This document shows positions 9,379 to 19,117 of a stretch of 64,000 nt of DNA, one piece after another. The first letter of the stretch is position 1; the number at the start of each line of letters is the position of its first letter. The position numbers were made by a program, and so were the translations under genes. The notes under the pieces are model-generated. The model was given only the letters and a program-made list of their open reading frames with translations, had not been told where the DNA came from and did not search any database. The stretch covers positions 64,001 to 128,000 of the forward strand of contig CAVZJB010000008.1 in NCBI GenBank assembly GCA_963775425.1, read 5' to 3'. The stretch is from an uncultured delta proteobacterium. GTDB taxonomy: Bacteria; Myxococcota; UBA727; VGSZ01.

Positions 9379-9978
9379 TCAGCGAAGAGTCTGCGTGCTC
9401 TCGAAGACAATGGCGCCGGTGCGGGCGTTGTAGAGGCGAATTGCCTCGACCTCGAACATCACGCCCTTCACCGTCTTGCGGCCGCCGCTCATCTGCCATG
9501 TCCTGCCGAACTTGCCGACGATCTGGATGCCCGCCATTCCGGTGGTGGTGAGGCGGCGCAGGTCGAGGTCCGTGAGCTCGTCGGGGCTGGTGCCGTCGAT
9601 CGGCCGCTTCTTCATGACCACGTTGCCGTCCCCGGAGATCTTCTGCGGGCGGCCGACGGTGAGCGCGAGCCCGTTGCCCACGTCGTACAGCGGCGCCCAC
9701 ACGAAGCGCGCCTTGCCGTGCGGCCTCCCGCCCCAGCTCAACAGGCGGTCGTAGCCCGAGCCGAGGTCGAGCGAGACGAGCCTCCCCTTGACCTTCTCCT
9801 TGAGGTCCTTGGTGTTCTCGAGGCACTCCCCGTTGACCGCCCCGCCCCCTGCGTCGCACGCGCCCACGAGCGCTGCGATGGCCTTGGCCGGGTGATCGAG
9901 CTCGAGCGCCTGCTTCTTGAGCGAGTCGAACGACGCGCCGCCGGCGGCCACGAAGAGGGCGAGGGCGATGTGGTGCAT
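9379..9978 (-). CDS. Secreted hypothetical protein, resembles myxobacterial DUF6066 family
   Basis: Signal peptide, paired Cys, LTVGRPQK..GNVVM and C-terminal ARTG recalled from Myxococcota homologues (not searched). Confidence 0.55.
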   Translation of the reverse strand: MHHIALALFVAAGGASFDSLKKQALELDHPAKAIAALVGACDAGGGAVNGECLENTKDLKEKVKGRLVSLDLGSGYDRLLSWGGRPHGKARFVWAPLYDVGNGLALTVGRPQKISGDGNVVMKKRPIDGTSPDELTDLDLRRLTTTGMAGIQIVGKFGRTWQMSGGRKTVKGVMFEVEAIRLYNARTGAIVFESTQTLR

Positions 9979-10057
9979 CCATCGATGCTAACCGAGGCCC
10001 GCCCGCCACGGCGGCCGCGAGACACGCGGGCTCGCCGCGGGGAGCGCGCCCGCCGTC

Positions 10058-12304
10058 TCATCGCGCGGGCGGATCGGCGCCGGGCGCGATGAGACGGGTG
10101 AGAAAGCGGGGCGCCCACCAGTTCCAATCGCCGAGCAGGTGCATGGTGGCCGGCACCAGCAGGGTGCGGACCACGGCGGCGTCGAGGAACACCGCCACCG
10201 CGATGCCCACGGCGAGAGTCTTGATGAGCACGAGGTGCGACGTGGCGAAGCACATGACCACGACGACGAGCAGCAGCGCCGCGCTCGTGATCAAGCGGCC
10301 GGTGCGGGCGAGGCCGCGGGAGACGGCGCGGCCGTTGTCGCCGCCCTTCACGTACTCCTCGCGCACGCGCGACAGGAGCAGCACCTCGTAGTCCATGCTC
10401 AAGCCGAACACGATGGCGAACATCAGCACCGGGACGCTCGACTCCGTGGTGCCGAGCGGCTCATAGGAGAACAGCGAGGACAGCCGGCCGTCCTGGAACA
10501 CCCACACGATGGCCCCGAAGCTCGCCGTCAACGACAAGAGGTTCATGACGATGGCCTTGAGCGGCAGCACCACGGAGCCGAAGACGAAGAACAGCACGAG
10601 CGCCATGGTCACCGCGATGAACGCGACCATCGACGGCGTGTGCGCGCGCAGCGCGTGGCGCACGTCGAGGACCCACGCGCTCTGGCCGCCGACGAGCACG
10701 TGCGTCCCCGGCGGCGGCGTCACCGCGCGCAGCGCCGTGACCTGCGCGAGCGCGCGATCGTCGTCGACGGCGAAGCGCGACACGGCCGCGAGGCGTGCGG
10801 TGTCGCCGGAGACGAAGAGCGCGCGGGCCGCGCGTGAGGCGTCGTCGCCGGCGGCGAGCATGCGCGCGGCCTGGTCGGGGGCGCCGGGGAACACCGATTG
10901 CGGGCCCGCCACCTCGGCGACGCCCGGGACCGCGGCGAGGCGGTCGCCGTAGTCGATGAGCGCGCGGATGCCCCTCTCGTCGAAGGAGGCGCCGTCGTCG
11001 CGCACCACGAGGACCTCGTGGGGCGTGGTGAGGTGCGCGAGGAAGTCGTCGTCGATGATGGCCTGCGTGGCGCGCGCGCCGTCGCCGCGGGGCAGGGCGC
11101 GGGCGTCGGCGATGGAGGGCGCGAGCCGCAGGAAGGGGACGGCGCAGACACCGAGCGCGAGGACGACGACGACGCACACCGCCAGCGGCCGGCGGGTGAC
11201 GAAGGAGGCCAGGCGGTGCCAGGGCCCCGCGTCCTCCTTGAGCTCGTCGGGGAGCGGCAGGCCGAAGGGGATGCGCAGCGCGTTCACGCGCGACCCCAGA
11301 ACGACCAGCAAGGCGGGCAGCAGCGTGATGGCGAGCGCGACGGTGGCGAGGGTGACGGCGATGCCGCCGACGGCCACGCTGCGCAGCACGCCGTGGGGAA
11401 ACATGAACAGGCCGCAGAGCGACACGGCGACGGTGGTGCCGGAGAAGGCCACCGCGCGGCCCGCGGTGGACATGGCGCGGGCGACGGCGATGGCCGTGCG
11501 TCGCCGGTCCGGGCGCGCCTTGGTGCCGAGCTCCTCGCGAAAGCGCATGAGCACGAACAGCGAGTAGTCGATGGCGAGGCCGAGGCCGAGGATGGTGGCG
11601 ACGTTGGCGGCGAAGATGGTGACGTCGCTGACGGCGTGAAGCGCGCGCAAGATGGCGAGCGACATGGCGACGGCGACGCTCCCGATGATGACCGGGAGCG
11701 CCGCGCTCACCACGCTGCGAAACAGGAGCAGGAGCAAGACCAGCGTGAGCGGGAGCGCGAACAGCTCGGCGCGCCGCAGGTCGTGCTCGACGGTGGAGGT
11801 GATGCCCTCGAAGACGGGCGCGTACCCGCCGAAGCCGACCTCGAAGCCCTCGGCGGAGAACAGCGGCTTGAGGCGGTCGGCCGCGCGCACCTTCTCGACG
11901 TCGGGGCCGTTGAGCGTGACCAGGGCGACGGTGCGCGTGCGGTCGCGCGAGACCAGCCAGGGCGCGCCCGTCGAGTAGAAGCTCACGACGCGGGCGACGG
12001 CGGGGTCGGCCTCGGCGCGCGCGAGCGCGGGGACCACGCTCGACCACGCGGCGACGTCGTCGACGGTGCCGGGGCCGTCGGGCCCGGGCTTGGCCGTGTA
12101 GAGCACCACGAGGTCGCCCGCGACGAACTTGCGCGAGAGCTTGGCAGCGATGGAGCTCTCGGCGGAGGGGTCGCGAAAGCCGCCCGGCTGCAGCTCGTGG
12201 AGCACGCCGGCGCCGTAGGCTGCCGCGAGCGGGACGACGAGCGCATACGCGGCGATGACGGCGAACTTCGCGCGGATCACGAGCCGGCCGATCGTCGACA
12301 ACAC
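10058..12304 (-). CDS. MMPL family (RND) transporter
   Basis: GLAIDYSLF, FGLSMDYEVLLLSRVREE, TGRLITSAA, VRTLLVPA motifs; about 12 TM segments. Confidence 0.93.
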   Translation of the reverse strand: MLSTIGRLVIRAKFAVIAAYALVVPLAAAYGAGVLHELQPGGFRDPSAESSIAAKLSRKFVAGDLVVLYTAKPGPDGPGTVDDVAAWSSVVPALARAEADPAVARVVSFYSTGAPWLVSRDRTRTVALVTLNGPDVEKVRAADRLKPLFSAEGFEVGFGGYAPVFEGITSTVEHDLRRAELFALPLTLVLLLLLFRSVVSAALPVIIGSVAVAMSLAILRALHAVSDVTIFAANVATILGLGLAIDYSLFVLMRFREELGTKARPDRRRTAIAVARAMSTAGRAVAFSGTTVAVSLCGLFMFPHGVLRSVAVGGIAVTLATVALAITLLPALLVVLGSRVNALRIPFGLPLPDELKEDAGPWHRLASFVTRRPLAVCVVVVLALGVCAVPFLRLAPSIADARALPRGDGARATQAIIDDDFLAHLTTPHEVLVVRDDGASFDERGIRALIDYGDRLAAVPGVAEVAGPQSVFPGAPDQAARMLAAGDDASRAARALFVSGDTARLAAVSRFAVDDDRALAQVTALRAVTPPPGTHVLVGGQSAWVLDVRHALRAHTPSMVAFIAVTMALVLFFVFGSVVLPLKAIVMNLLSLTASFGAIVWVFQDGRLSSLFSYEPLGTTESSVPVLMFAIVFGLSMDYEVLLLSRVREEYVKGGDNGRAVSRGLARTGRLITSAALLLVVVVMCFATSHLVLIKTLAVGIAVAVFLDAAVVRTLLVPATMHLLGDWNWWAPRFLTRLIAPGADPPAR

Positions 12305-12353
12305 GCTCCGCGTGTAGCACGCCTGCGCCGCCCGTCGATGCCGCCGTTCGGCG

Positions 12354-13532
12354 CTACTTCAGGCCGTACATCGCGCGGAGCCCCTTCGCGCCGGGCGTGC
12401 GGACGTCGTGGATCCGCCAGCCGCCCGCGAGCGCGACGAGGTCGATGAGCACCGTGGTGGGCGAGCCGAAGTTCTTGAAGCGCACGGTGGCCGTCGCCGT
12501 GTCGCTGCCGTGCATGTCGACGTCGACGGTGACGCCTTCGAGGCTCCAGTCCTGTGCGTTCGCGAACGGATCGAACTCGAGGAGCGGCGCCTCCATCCTC
12601 TTGCGCGCCGCGGCGCTGTCGTCGGCGACGGCCTTGGCGAGCTCGGGCGCCAGCAGCTTGTCGCCGGCGTCGACGAGCGACACACCGCCGTCGCCGTTCG
12701 GGCGGTAGCGCGCGTAGATGCCCTGGACGAACACCTTGGCGTCGCTCTCGGGCGAGCCGCGTGACAGCGGCACGTCGACCTCGTGCGTGCCCGCTTGCAG
12801 GCCGAGCGCGGCACAGTCGGCGGCGGCGGCGCAACTGCAGGTGGTCTTTTCGTGCGCGAGGAAGCCGTGCGCGGCTTTGTCGCGGGACACGCGCGTGACC
12901 TCGACGCCGCCGCTGCAGCCCGTCTCGGACGCGATGGCGTGCGGGCCCTTGCCCTCGGCGACGACGCGAAACATGCCGGGGCGGGCGTCGAGCACCTGCA
13001 GCGTCTCGCGCCAGGCCTCGGGCGCCACCACCACGGCGACGACGCCGCTGCCGGGCGCGGTGGGGACGAGGCCGAGGAACACGGGGTCGTGATCGCAGGC
13101 GTCGCCGACGCACTTCCCGTCGATGTCGCGCTCGACGGGGAAGCCGTCGGCCTTGGTGATCATCGTGGCGCGCCCGTCGACCGACGTGGACACGATGATG
13201 AGGCCGGCGACGTCGTGGATCTTCGCCGGCGTCTTCTTCCCGGTGGCCCACGCGGCCACGTCGAAGGGCGGGTCGGTGAGGTGGAGGGCGAAGCCGTAGA
13301 CGGTGCCGCCGTGGACGTCCTGGCTGTCGACGCGATCGATGAAGCCGACCTTGCCGTTCCTCTCGACGGGCGCGATCACGCGCAGCTTCTTGCCGAAGCG
13401 GTCGATGCTCTTCACGTGCGCGTGGGGCCAAAGCCCGGCGACGGCGTCCCACGCGTCGCCGCCGGCGAGCGCGGGCGCGGCCCCGAGGGTGGTCGCGCAC
13501 AGCAGAGCGGCGAGGGAGAGCGGGCGGCGCAT
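12354..13532 (-). CDS. Secreted protein with C-terminal DUF3828 (YbjP-like) domain
   Basis: Signal peptide; C-terminal FVQGIYARY..FDPFANAQDW..ATVRFKNFG..GWRIHDV. Confidence 0.7.
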   Translation of the reverse strand: MRRPLSLAALLCATTLGAAPALAGGDAWDAVAGLWPHAHVKSIDRFGKKLRVIAPVERNGKVGFIDRVDSQDVHGGTVYGFALHLTDPPFDVAAWATGKKTPAKIHDVAGLIIVSTSVDGRATMITKADGFPVERDIDGKCVGDACDHDPVFLGLVPTAPGSGVVAVVVAPEAWRETLQVLDARPGMFRVVAEGKGPHAIASETGCSGGVEVTRVSRDKAAHGFLAHEKTTCSCAAAADCAALGLQAGTHEVDVPLSRGSPESDAKVFVQGIYARYRPNGDGGVSLVDAGDKLLAPELAKAVADDSAAARKRMEAPLLEFDPFANAQDWSLEGVTVDVDMHGSDTATATVRFKNFGSPTTVLIDLVALAGGWRIHDVRTPGAKGLRAMYGLK

Positions 13533-13561
13533 GCGCCGATGCTACCCGAAGCGGGACGTCG

Positions 13562-14689
13562 TCACGCGCTCGACTCGAGCACCGCGACGAAGAAGCCGTC
13601 GGTGCCCTCGACGTGCGGCAGCAGCAGCCGGCGCTCGACGAGGTGGAAGGCGCCGGCGGCGACGGACGCCAGGAACGCCTCGACCACGGCGTCGTTTTCT
13701 TCACGCAGCACCGTGCAGGTCGCGTAGACGAGCCGGCCGCCGGGCCGCAGGAGCGCCGCGGCCTCGTCGAGGATCGCGCGCTGCAGCCGGGCCTGGCGGG
13801 GCACCTCGGCGGCGAGGTCGAGGGAGAAGCGCAGGTCGGGCGAGCGGCGCAGCGTGCCCACGGAGGAGCACGGGGCGTCGACGAGGACGACGTCGGCGCT
13901 CCCGGGCGGCGGCAGGCCCTCGCGCACACAGGTGACGCCGGCGCGCGTGAGGCGCGGCTTCATGTCGGCGAGCGCGCGCGCGCTCACGTCGTGGACGTGG
14001 AGCGCGCCGCGGTTGTCCATCAGCGCGGCGAGCGCCAGCGTCTTGCCGCCGCGGCCGGCGCAGAGATCGACGACGACGTCGCCGGGCGCCGGCGCGCAGG
14101 CCAGCGCCACGAGCTGCGAGCCCTCGTCCTGCACCTCGAAGAGCCCCGCCCGCCACGCCTTCGAGCCGAAGAGGTTCGCCCGCCCCTCCACACGCACCCC
14201 GTGGGGCGCGCGCCCGGGCGACGTGCGGATGCCCTCGGCGGCGAGCGCCTCGACGAGCCCTTCGCGCGTGATCTTCAAGGTGTTCGCCCGCAGAAAGCGC
14301 GGGCCCGGCGCGTTGCTCGCCCGGAGGAACGCGTCTGCGCCTTCGAGGCCCAGCGAGTCCACCAGCGCGTCGACGAGAGGCCGCGGGCAGCTCCGCTCCA
14401 CGCACATGCGCTCGCGCGGATCCGCGGGCCACTCGACGTCCACGGGCGCGCCTTCCTCCTCGAAGCGCAGGTAGGCGTCGATGAGGGCGTCGGCGTCGCC
14501 GGCCCCCGCGAGGAAGCCCAGGCGCGCGCGCAGCACGCACACGCCGTAGACCCGCCGCGCGACGCGCCCGCGGCCGCGGTCGTCGAGCCCCGGCAGCGCG
14601 CGCAGCACCTCGGGCACCACGTCCTCCGCCCGCGCGCCCGCGAGGACCTGGGCGACGGCGTCGACGGTGGCGGTGGCCTCCTCACTCAC
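13562..14689 (-). CDS. RsmB/NOP family RNA m5C methyltransferase
   Basis: EVQDEGSQ, DLCAGRGGKT, VDAPCS, VYATCT, DGFF motifs. Confidence 0.92.
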   Translation of the reverse strand: MSEEATATVDAVAQVLAGARAEDVVPEVLRALPGLDDRGRGRVARRVYGVCVLRARLGFLAGAGDADALIDAYLRFEEEGAPVDVEWPADPRERMCVERSCPRPLVDALVDSLGLEGADAFLRASNAPGPRFLRANTLKITREGLVEALAAEGIRTSPGRAPHGVRVEGRANLFGSKAWRAGLFEVQDEGSQLVALACAPAPGDVVVDLCAGRGGKTLALAALMDNRGALHVHDVSARALADMKPRLTRAGVTCVREGLPPPGSADVVLVDAPCSSVGTLRRSPDLRFSLDLAAEVPRQARLQRAILDEAAALLRPGGRLVYATCTVLREENDAVVEAFLASVAAGAFHLVERRLLLPHVEGTDGFFVAVLESSA

Positions 14690-14713
14690 GGCGTGGCTCT
14701 CCTCGAGCGGCGG

Positions 14714-14740
14714 AAAAAAAGAGGGGCGCCGAAGCGCCCC
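14714..14740 (-). terminator. Intrinsic terminator
   Basis: On the minus strand GGGGCGC-TTCG-GCGCCCC followed by TCTTTTTTT, downstream of the 14768-15109 gene. Confidence 0.85.
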
Positions 14741-14767
14741 CCGCTCATGGCCGAATGGCCCGTGGGC

Positions 14768-15109
14768 TCAACCCGCGGGGCCGGCGTAGCGCGCGTCGCC
14801 GAGCGCGAGCATGGGCGAGAAGATGAAGCCCAGGAACGCGAGGCCGATGCCGAAGCCGGCGCTCTTGCCGAACGACTTGGCCAGCGAGATGGCGACCAGG
14901 ATGCCGGCGATGGCGTTCACGCCGGGGATGAGGAACAGCACGATCCACCACAGCGGCTTGCCGACGATCTTGAGCATCACGACGAGGTTGTAGATCGGGA
15001 TGATCACGGCCCAGCCGGGCTGGTTCGCCTTGGTGAAGATGGTCCAGCCGCAGTACAGGTAGAAGGCGCAGATCGCCAAGCTGATCAGGCCGCTGATGAT
15101 TCCGCCCAT
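14768..15109 (-). CDS. DUF5684-like small membrane protein
   Basis: WTIFTKANQPGWAVIIPIYN, LAKSFGKSAGFGIGL; GGAG RBS. Confidence 0.85.
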   Translation of the reverse strand: MGGIISGLISLAICAFYLYCGWTIFTKANQPGWAVIIPIYNLVVMLKIVGKPLWWIVLFLIPGVNAIAGILVAISLAKSFGKSAGFGIGLAFLGFIFSPMLALGDARYAGPAG

Positions 15110-15260
15110 GTGGAGACTCCTTTGAAGGGAGCGCGGACCGTCGTCGACCCGCCGAAATGTGTCAAGTTGCCCGCGTCACGCCGCGGGTGCCCGTCCCGAC
15201 GGTCGAAGTGGGGCCCGATGCGCAGTTCCGCGGGCGCAATCAAGATGCTAGCCCGCCCGG

Positions 15261-16334
15261 ATGCGCTCCCTCTCCCTCGTCGCCACGGCGGCTTCTCTCA
15301 TGGCTCTCGTCACGGCGTGTCCCGCGTCACCGGGTGGTTCGTCCTCCGGCGCGGTGAAAGCCCAAAACGAGCCCGGCGACGTGATCGCCAAGGTCGGCGA
15401 CGCCACCATCACCGTCGAGCAACTCCAAAAGCGGCTCGATCAGCAGAGCCCCTTCGTCCGCGTGCGCTACACGGACCCCGCGAAGAAGAAGGAGTTCCTC
15501 GACAGCCAGGTGCGCTTCGAGGTGCTCGCGCAGGAGGCCATCGCGCGGGGCATGGACAAGGACCCCGAGGTGCAGGACGCCATCAAGAAGATCATCGTGC
15601 AGAAGCTCACGCGCGACGAGTTCGACAACCGCGTGAAGCTCAAGGACGTCAACGACGACGACCTCAAGAAGTACTTCGACGCGCACCAGGCCGACTACCA
15701 GAAGCCCGAGATGGTCCGCGCCAGCGACATCGCCGTCGCCTTCGGCAGCGACAAGGCCGCGGCCAGGAAGAAGGCGGAGGAGGCGCAGAAGAAGGCGGCG
15801 GACAAGGCAAAGATCGAGGACCGGAACCACTTCAAGGACCTCGTCGCGCAGTACTCCACCGACGACAACAGCAAGCGCGCCGGCGGCGACCTCCGCTACC
15901 TGACGGCCGCCGAGGTGGAGGAGCGCTTCGGCAGCCCCGCCAAGGCGTGGCTGTTCGGCGCGGAGACCATCAACGAGGTCTCGCCCGTCATCGAGGGCAA
16001 GGACGGCGCGTGGCACGTGTTCAAGCGCACCGCCAGGCGCAAGGAGATCGTGCGCACCTTCGAGCAGGTGAAAAACCAGATCAAGAACGTGGTGTTCCGC
16101 GAGAAGCGCACCGAGGCGTTCAACCAGTACGTCGACGACCTCAAGAAGAAGCACGGCGTCACCGTGTTCGACACCAAGCTCGGCAAGCTCAAGGTGAACG
16201 CGCAGATGCCGCCGGGCATGAACCCGCACTCCATGGGCCACGGCGGGTTCCCGCCGCCGCCGCCGATGGAGGAGGAGGCCGAGCATTCGCAGACGCCGAA
16301 CCCGGCGGATGAGGGCGGCGAGGGCAAGCCGTGA
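15261..16334 (+). CDS. PpiC/PrsA-type peptidyl-prolyl isomerase lipoprotein
   Basis: Lipobox LVTAC, IAKVGDATIT, parvulin-like YSTDDNSKRAGGDL. Confidence 0.88.
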   Translation: MRSLSLVATAASLMALVTACPASPGGSSSGAVKAQNEPGDVIAKVGDATITVEQLQKRLDQQSPFVRVRYTDPAKKKEFLDSQVRFEVLAQEAIARGMDKDPEVQDAIKKIIVQKLTRDEFDNRVKLKDVNDDDLKKYFDAHQADYQKPEMVRASDIAVAFGSDKAAARKKAEEAQKKAADKAKIEDRNHFKDLVAQYSTDDNSKRAGGDLRYLTAAEVEERFGSPAKAWLFGAETINEVSPVIEGKDGAWHVFKRTARRKEIVRTFEQVKNQIKNVVFREKRTEAFNQYVDDLKKKHGVTVFDTKLGKLKVNAQMPPGMNPHSMGHGGFPPPPPMEEEAEHSQTPNPADEGGEGKP

Positions 16335-17396
16335 TGCGGCGCGCTCTCGTCGCCACCGTCGCGGCGGCGGCGCTCGCCGGCGCCGGCTGCCCGTCGGATC
16401 CGCGCGACCAGCAGAAGAGCCCGGTGGTGGCGCGCGTCGGGTCGCAGGAGATCCTCGCGAGCGAGCTCGTCAACGCGCTCTCCCGTCACGGCACCGCGCG
16501 CGTCACGGACGCCACCGGCAGGAACGTCGTGGCGCGCGCCATCCTCGACGAGATGATCACCGACCGGCTGTTGCTCCAGGCCGCCGACAAGGCCGGCATC
16601 ACCGTGCGCGACGACGACGTCGACCGCGAGCTGCGCAGCCGCGCCGAGGGCTACCCGGCGGACTCGTTCGAGCGCTTGCTCATCGCCGAGCAGCTCACGC
16701 CCGCCGACTTCCGCGACAAGGTGAAGGACCGGTTGATCGAGGACGCGCTGCTGCGCGCCAGGCTCGCCCAAGCGCCCGCCATCACGGAGGCCGACCTGCA
16801 CGCGCGCTTCGACAAGGAGCTCAAGGACCAGAAGGTGACCGAGAAGGTGCGCGCGCGGCAGATCCTGGTGCGCACGTCCGAAGAGGCCTCGCACATCCTC
16901 GACTTGCTCCACCATCGCAAGATCACGTTCGAGGCGGCGGCGCAGCGCTACTCCACGGCTCCGGACGCGGAGCAGGGGGGCGATCTCGGCTGGTTCGGCA
17001 AGGGCGAGATGCCCGACATCTTCGACGTCTGCTTCAACCTCGAAAAGGGCGTCGTGTCCGACGTGGTCCCCAGCGACTACGGCTTTCACATCTTCCAGAT
17101 CGTCAGATCGCCGCGAGGAGCACCCCGAGACGTTCAAGGCGGCCCGGGACCGCCTCGAAGAGGAGATCATGCGCGAGCGACAGGACGAGGCGTACCAGAA
17201 GCTCATCGGCGAGCTGAAGCTCGAGACGCCGGTGAAGATCGACGACGCCGCCGTCGCCCACGTCGTGTCCCTGCTCCCGTCGGCGCCGGCCATGCCCGCG
17301 GAGAGCGCGCCCGAGGACGCGTCGGCCCGCGCGCTCGACTCGCTGCCGTCCGCCATCGATCCCATCCCGCCCGTGCCGCGCGCCAAGGAAGACTGA
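16334..17396 (+). CDS. PpiC-type PPIase lipoprotein, interrupted by a +1 frameshift near 17105
   Basis: Lipobox AGAGC, VRARQILV, GGDLGWF, YGFHIF; removing A17105 restores VDRREEHPETFKAARDRLEEEIMRE to TGA 17396. Confidence 0.8.
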
Positions 17397-17398
17397 AG

Positions 17399-18391
17399 AT
17401 GTCGTTTGCCCTCGCCGTCACCCTCGCCGCCGCCACCGTCGGCGCGGCTCCCACCGCCGCGGCCGACGCCGGGGCGAAGGATCAAAAGCAGAGCGACGGC
17501 GTCGTCATCGATCGCATCGCAGCCGTGGTGAACAAGGACATCGTGTTGCAGTCCGAGGTCGAGACCATGCTCGACCAGATGATGCAGGCGGATCCGGTGC
17601 CGCCCGGCGCCGACGTCGACAAGGCCCGGGCAGCGCGCAAAAACGAGATCCTCGACACCCTCATCGCCGAGAAGCTCCTCGACCAGGAGGTGAAGAAGCT
17701 GCGCATCGACGTCACCGACGCCGAGGTCGACCGCGTGGTGCAGGGCACCATGCAGGAGCACCACCTCGACATGGACAAGCTGAAGATCGCGCTGGCGCGG
17801 CAGGGGCTCACGCTCCCCGAGTACCGCGAGGGGCTCAAGAAGCAGCTCACCAAGATGAAGATCATCCAGCTCAAGGTGAAGAGCCGCGTGCAGGTCACCG
17901 ACCAGGACGTGAAGGCCAAGCTCGCCCAGGAAAAGACGCTCAGCTCGCTCGACTTCCAGGTGCACGCGCACCACATCCTCTTCCTCGTGCCCAAGGGCAC
18001 CGACGACAAGCCGGCCCTGAAGAAGGCGCTCGCCGCCAAGGCGCGCATCGACGGCGGGGAACCCTTCGAGAAGGTGGCCAAGGAGGTCAGCGAAGATCCC
18101 GGCAGCAAGGATCGCGGCGGCGACCTCGGCGTCTTCGCCCGCGGCGAGATGGTGCCGGCCTTCGAGCACGCCGCGTTCACCGCGACGCCGGGCAAGGTGA
18201 TCGGCCCCGTGCGCACCCCGTTCGGGTGGCACCTCATCCGCGTCGACAAGCGCATCCCCGTCGAGGTCAAGAGCGACGAGGCAGCCCTCGAGGACATCCG
18301 CAAGAAGCTGTTCGAAAACGAGGTGGAGCAGCAGTTCCAGCGCTACGTCGAAGAGCTCAAGCGCGACGCCCACATCGAAAAGCGCATCTGA
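17399..18391 (+). CDS. surA: SurA-like chaperone/PPIase
   Basis: IDRIAAVVNKDIVLQSE SurA N-domain, HILF, SEDPGSKDRGGDLG, FGWHLI. Confidence 0.85.
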   Translation: MSFALAVTLAAATVGAAPTAAADAGAKDQKQSDGVVIDRIAAVVNKDIVLQSEVETMLDQMMQADPVPPGADVDKARAARKNEILDTLIAEKLLDQEVKKLRIDVTDAEVDRVVQGTMQEHHLDMDKLKIALARQGLTLPEYREGLKKQLTKMKIIQLKVKSRVQVTDQDVKAKLAQEKTLSSLDFQVHAHHILFLVPKGTDDKPALKKALAAKARIDGGEPFEKVAKEVSEDPGSKDRGGDLGVFARGEMVPAFEHAAFTATPGKVIGPVRTPFGWHLIRVDKRIPVEVKSDEAALEDIRKKLFENEVEQQFQRYVEELKRDAHIEKRI

Positions 18392-19071
18392 TGGAGATCG
18401 ACGCCTGGCGCGAGCGCTGGCAGGAGGGGCGCATCAGCTTTCACGAGGGAAAGCCGAACGCGCTCCTCGAGGCGCACGTCGACCTCCTGCAGGGGCGCAA
18501 GCGTGTCCTCGTCCCGCTCTCGGGCAAGTCCGTCGACCTCGTGTTCCTCGCGCGGCACGTCGAGGCCGTCGCCGGCGTCGAGGGCGTGGACCTCGCCTGC
18601 AGCCACTTCTTCGCCGACCACGACAGCGAGCCCGTCGTGGAGAGCGCGCCCCCGTTCCGGCGCTTCCGGGCTGCGGCGCCGGGCGCGCCGCTCGAGCGCA
18701 TCGAGCTGTTCTGCGGAGACTTCTTCGAGGCCACGCGCGAGCGCGTTGGCGCGGTCGACGCCGTCTACGATCGCGCGGCGCTCATCGCCGTCGAGCCCGC
18801 GCTGCGCGCCCGCTACGTCGACGTCGTCCGCCGCCTCTTGCTGCCGGGCGCGCGCGTCCTGCTGGTGGCGCCGTCGTACGCGGTGCCGGGAGCGGACCCG
18901 CACGCGCTGGGCCCGCCGTTTCCCTTGTTCGAGGCCGACGTGCGCTCGCTGTTCCGCGACGGCTTCACGGTGAACATCGTCGAGGTGCGTGACACCGACG
19001 TGAACCCCAGGCTGCAGGCGGCGGGCGTCGGGGACGCCCGCGAGACGCTCTACCGCATCGACCGCCCCTGA
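18391..19071 (+). CDS. Thiopurine S-methyltransferase family
   Basis: WRERWQEGRISFH, VLVPLSGKSVDL, GDFF, YDRAALIA. Confidence 0.9.
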   Translation: MEIDAWRERWQEGRISFHEGKPNALLEAHVDLLQGRKRVLVPLSGKSVDLVFLARHVEAVAGVEGVDLACSHFFADHDSEPVVESAPPFRRFRAAAPGAPLERIELFCGDFFEATRERVGAVDAVYDRAALIAVEPALRARYVDVVRRLLLPGARVLLVAPSYAVPGADPHALGPPFPLFEADVRSLFRDGFTVNIVEVRDTDVNPRLQAAGVGDARETLYRIDRP

Positions 19072-19092
19072 TCCGGGCCGCGGCTGATCACG

Positions 19093-19114
19093 CGCGGCCG
19101 CTCCCTCCGGTCGC
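19093..19114 (-). repeat. Dispersed repeat copy (GCGACCGGAGGGAGCGGCCGCG)
   Basis: Exact reverse-complement match to the 4.07 kb repeat core, between convergent stops. Confidence 0.9.
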
Positions 19115-19117
19115 CGA

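Noticed and set aside
16331-18391. 686-aa single PPIase gene
   Set aside because: Explained by a +1 indel joining two genes; the joining segment is Arg/Pro-rich off-frame sequence
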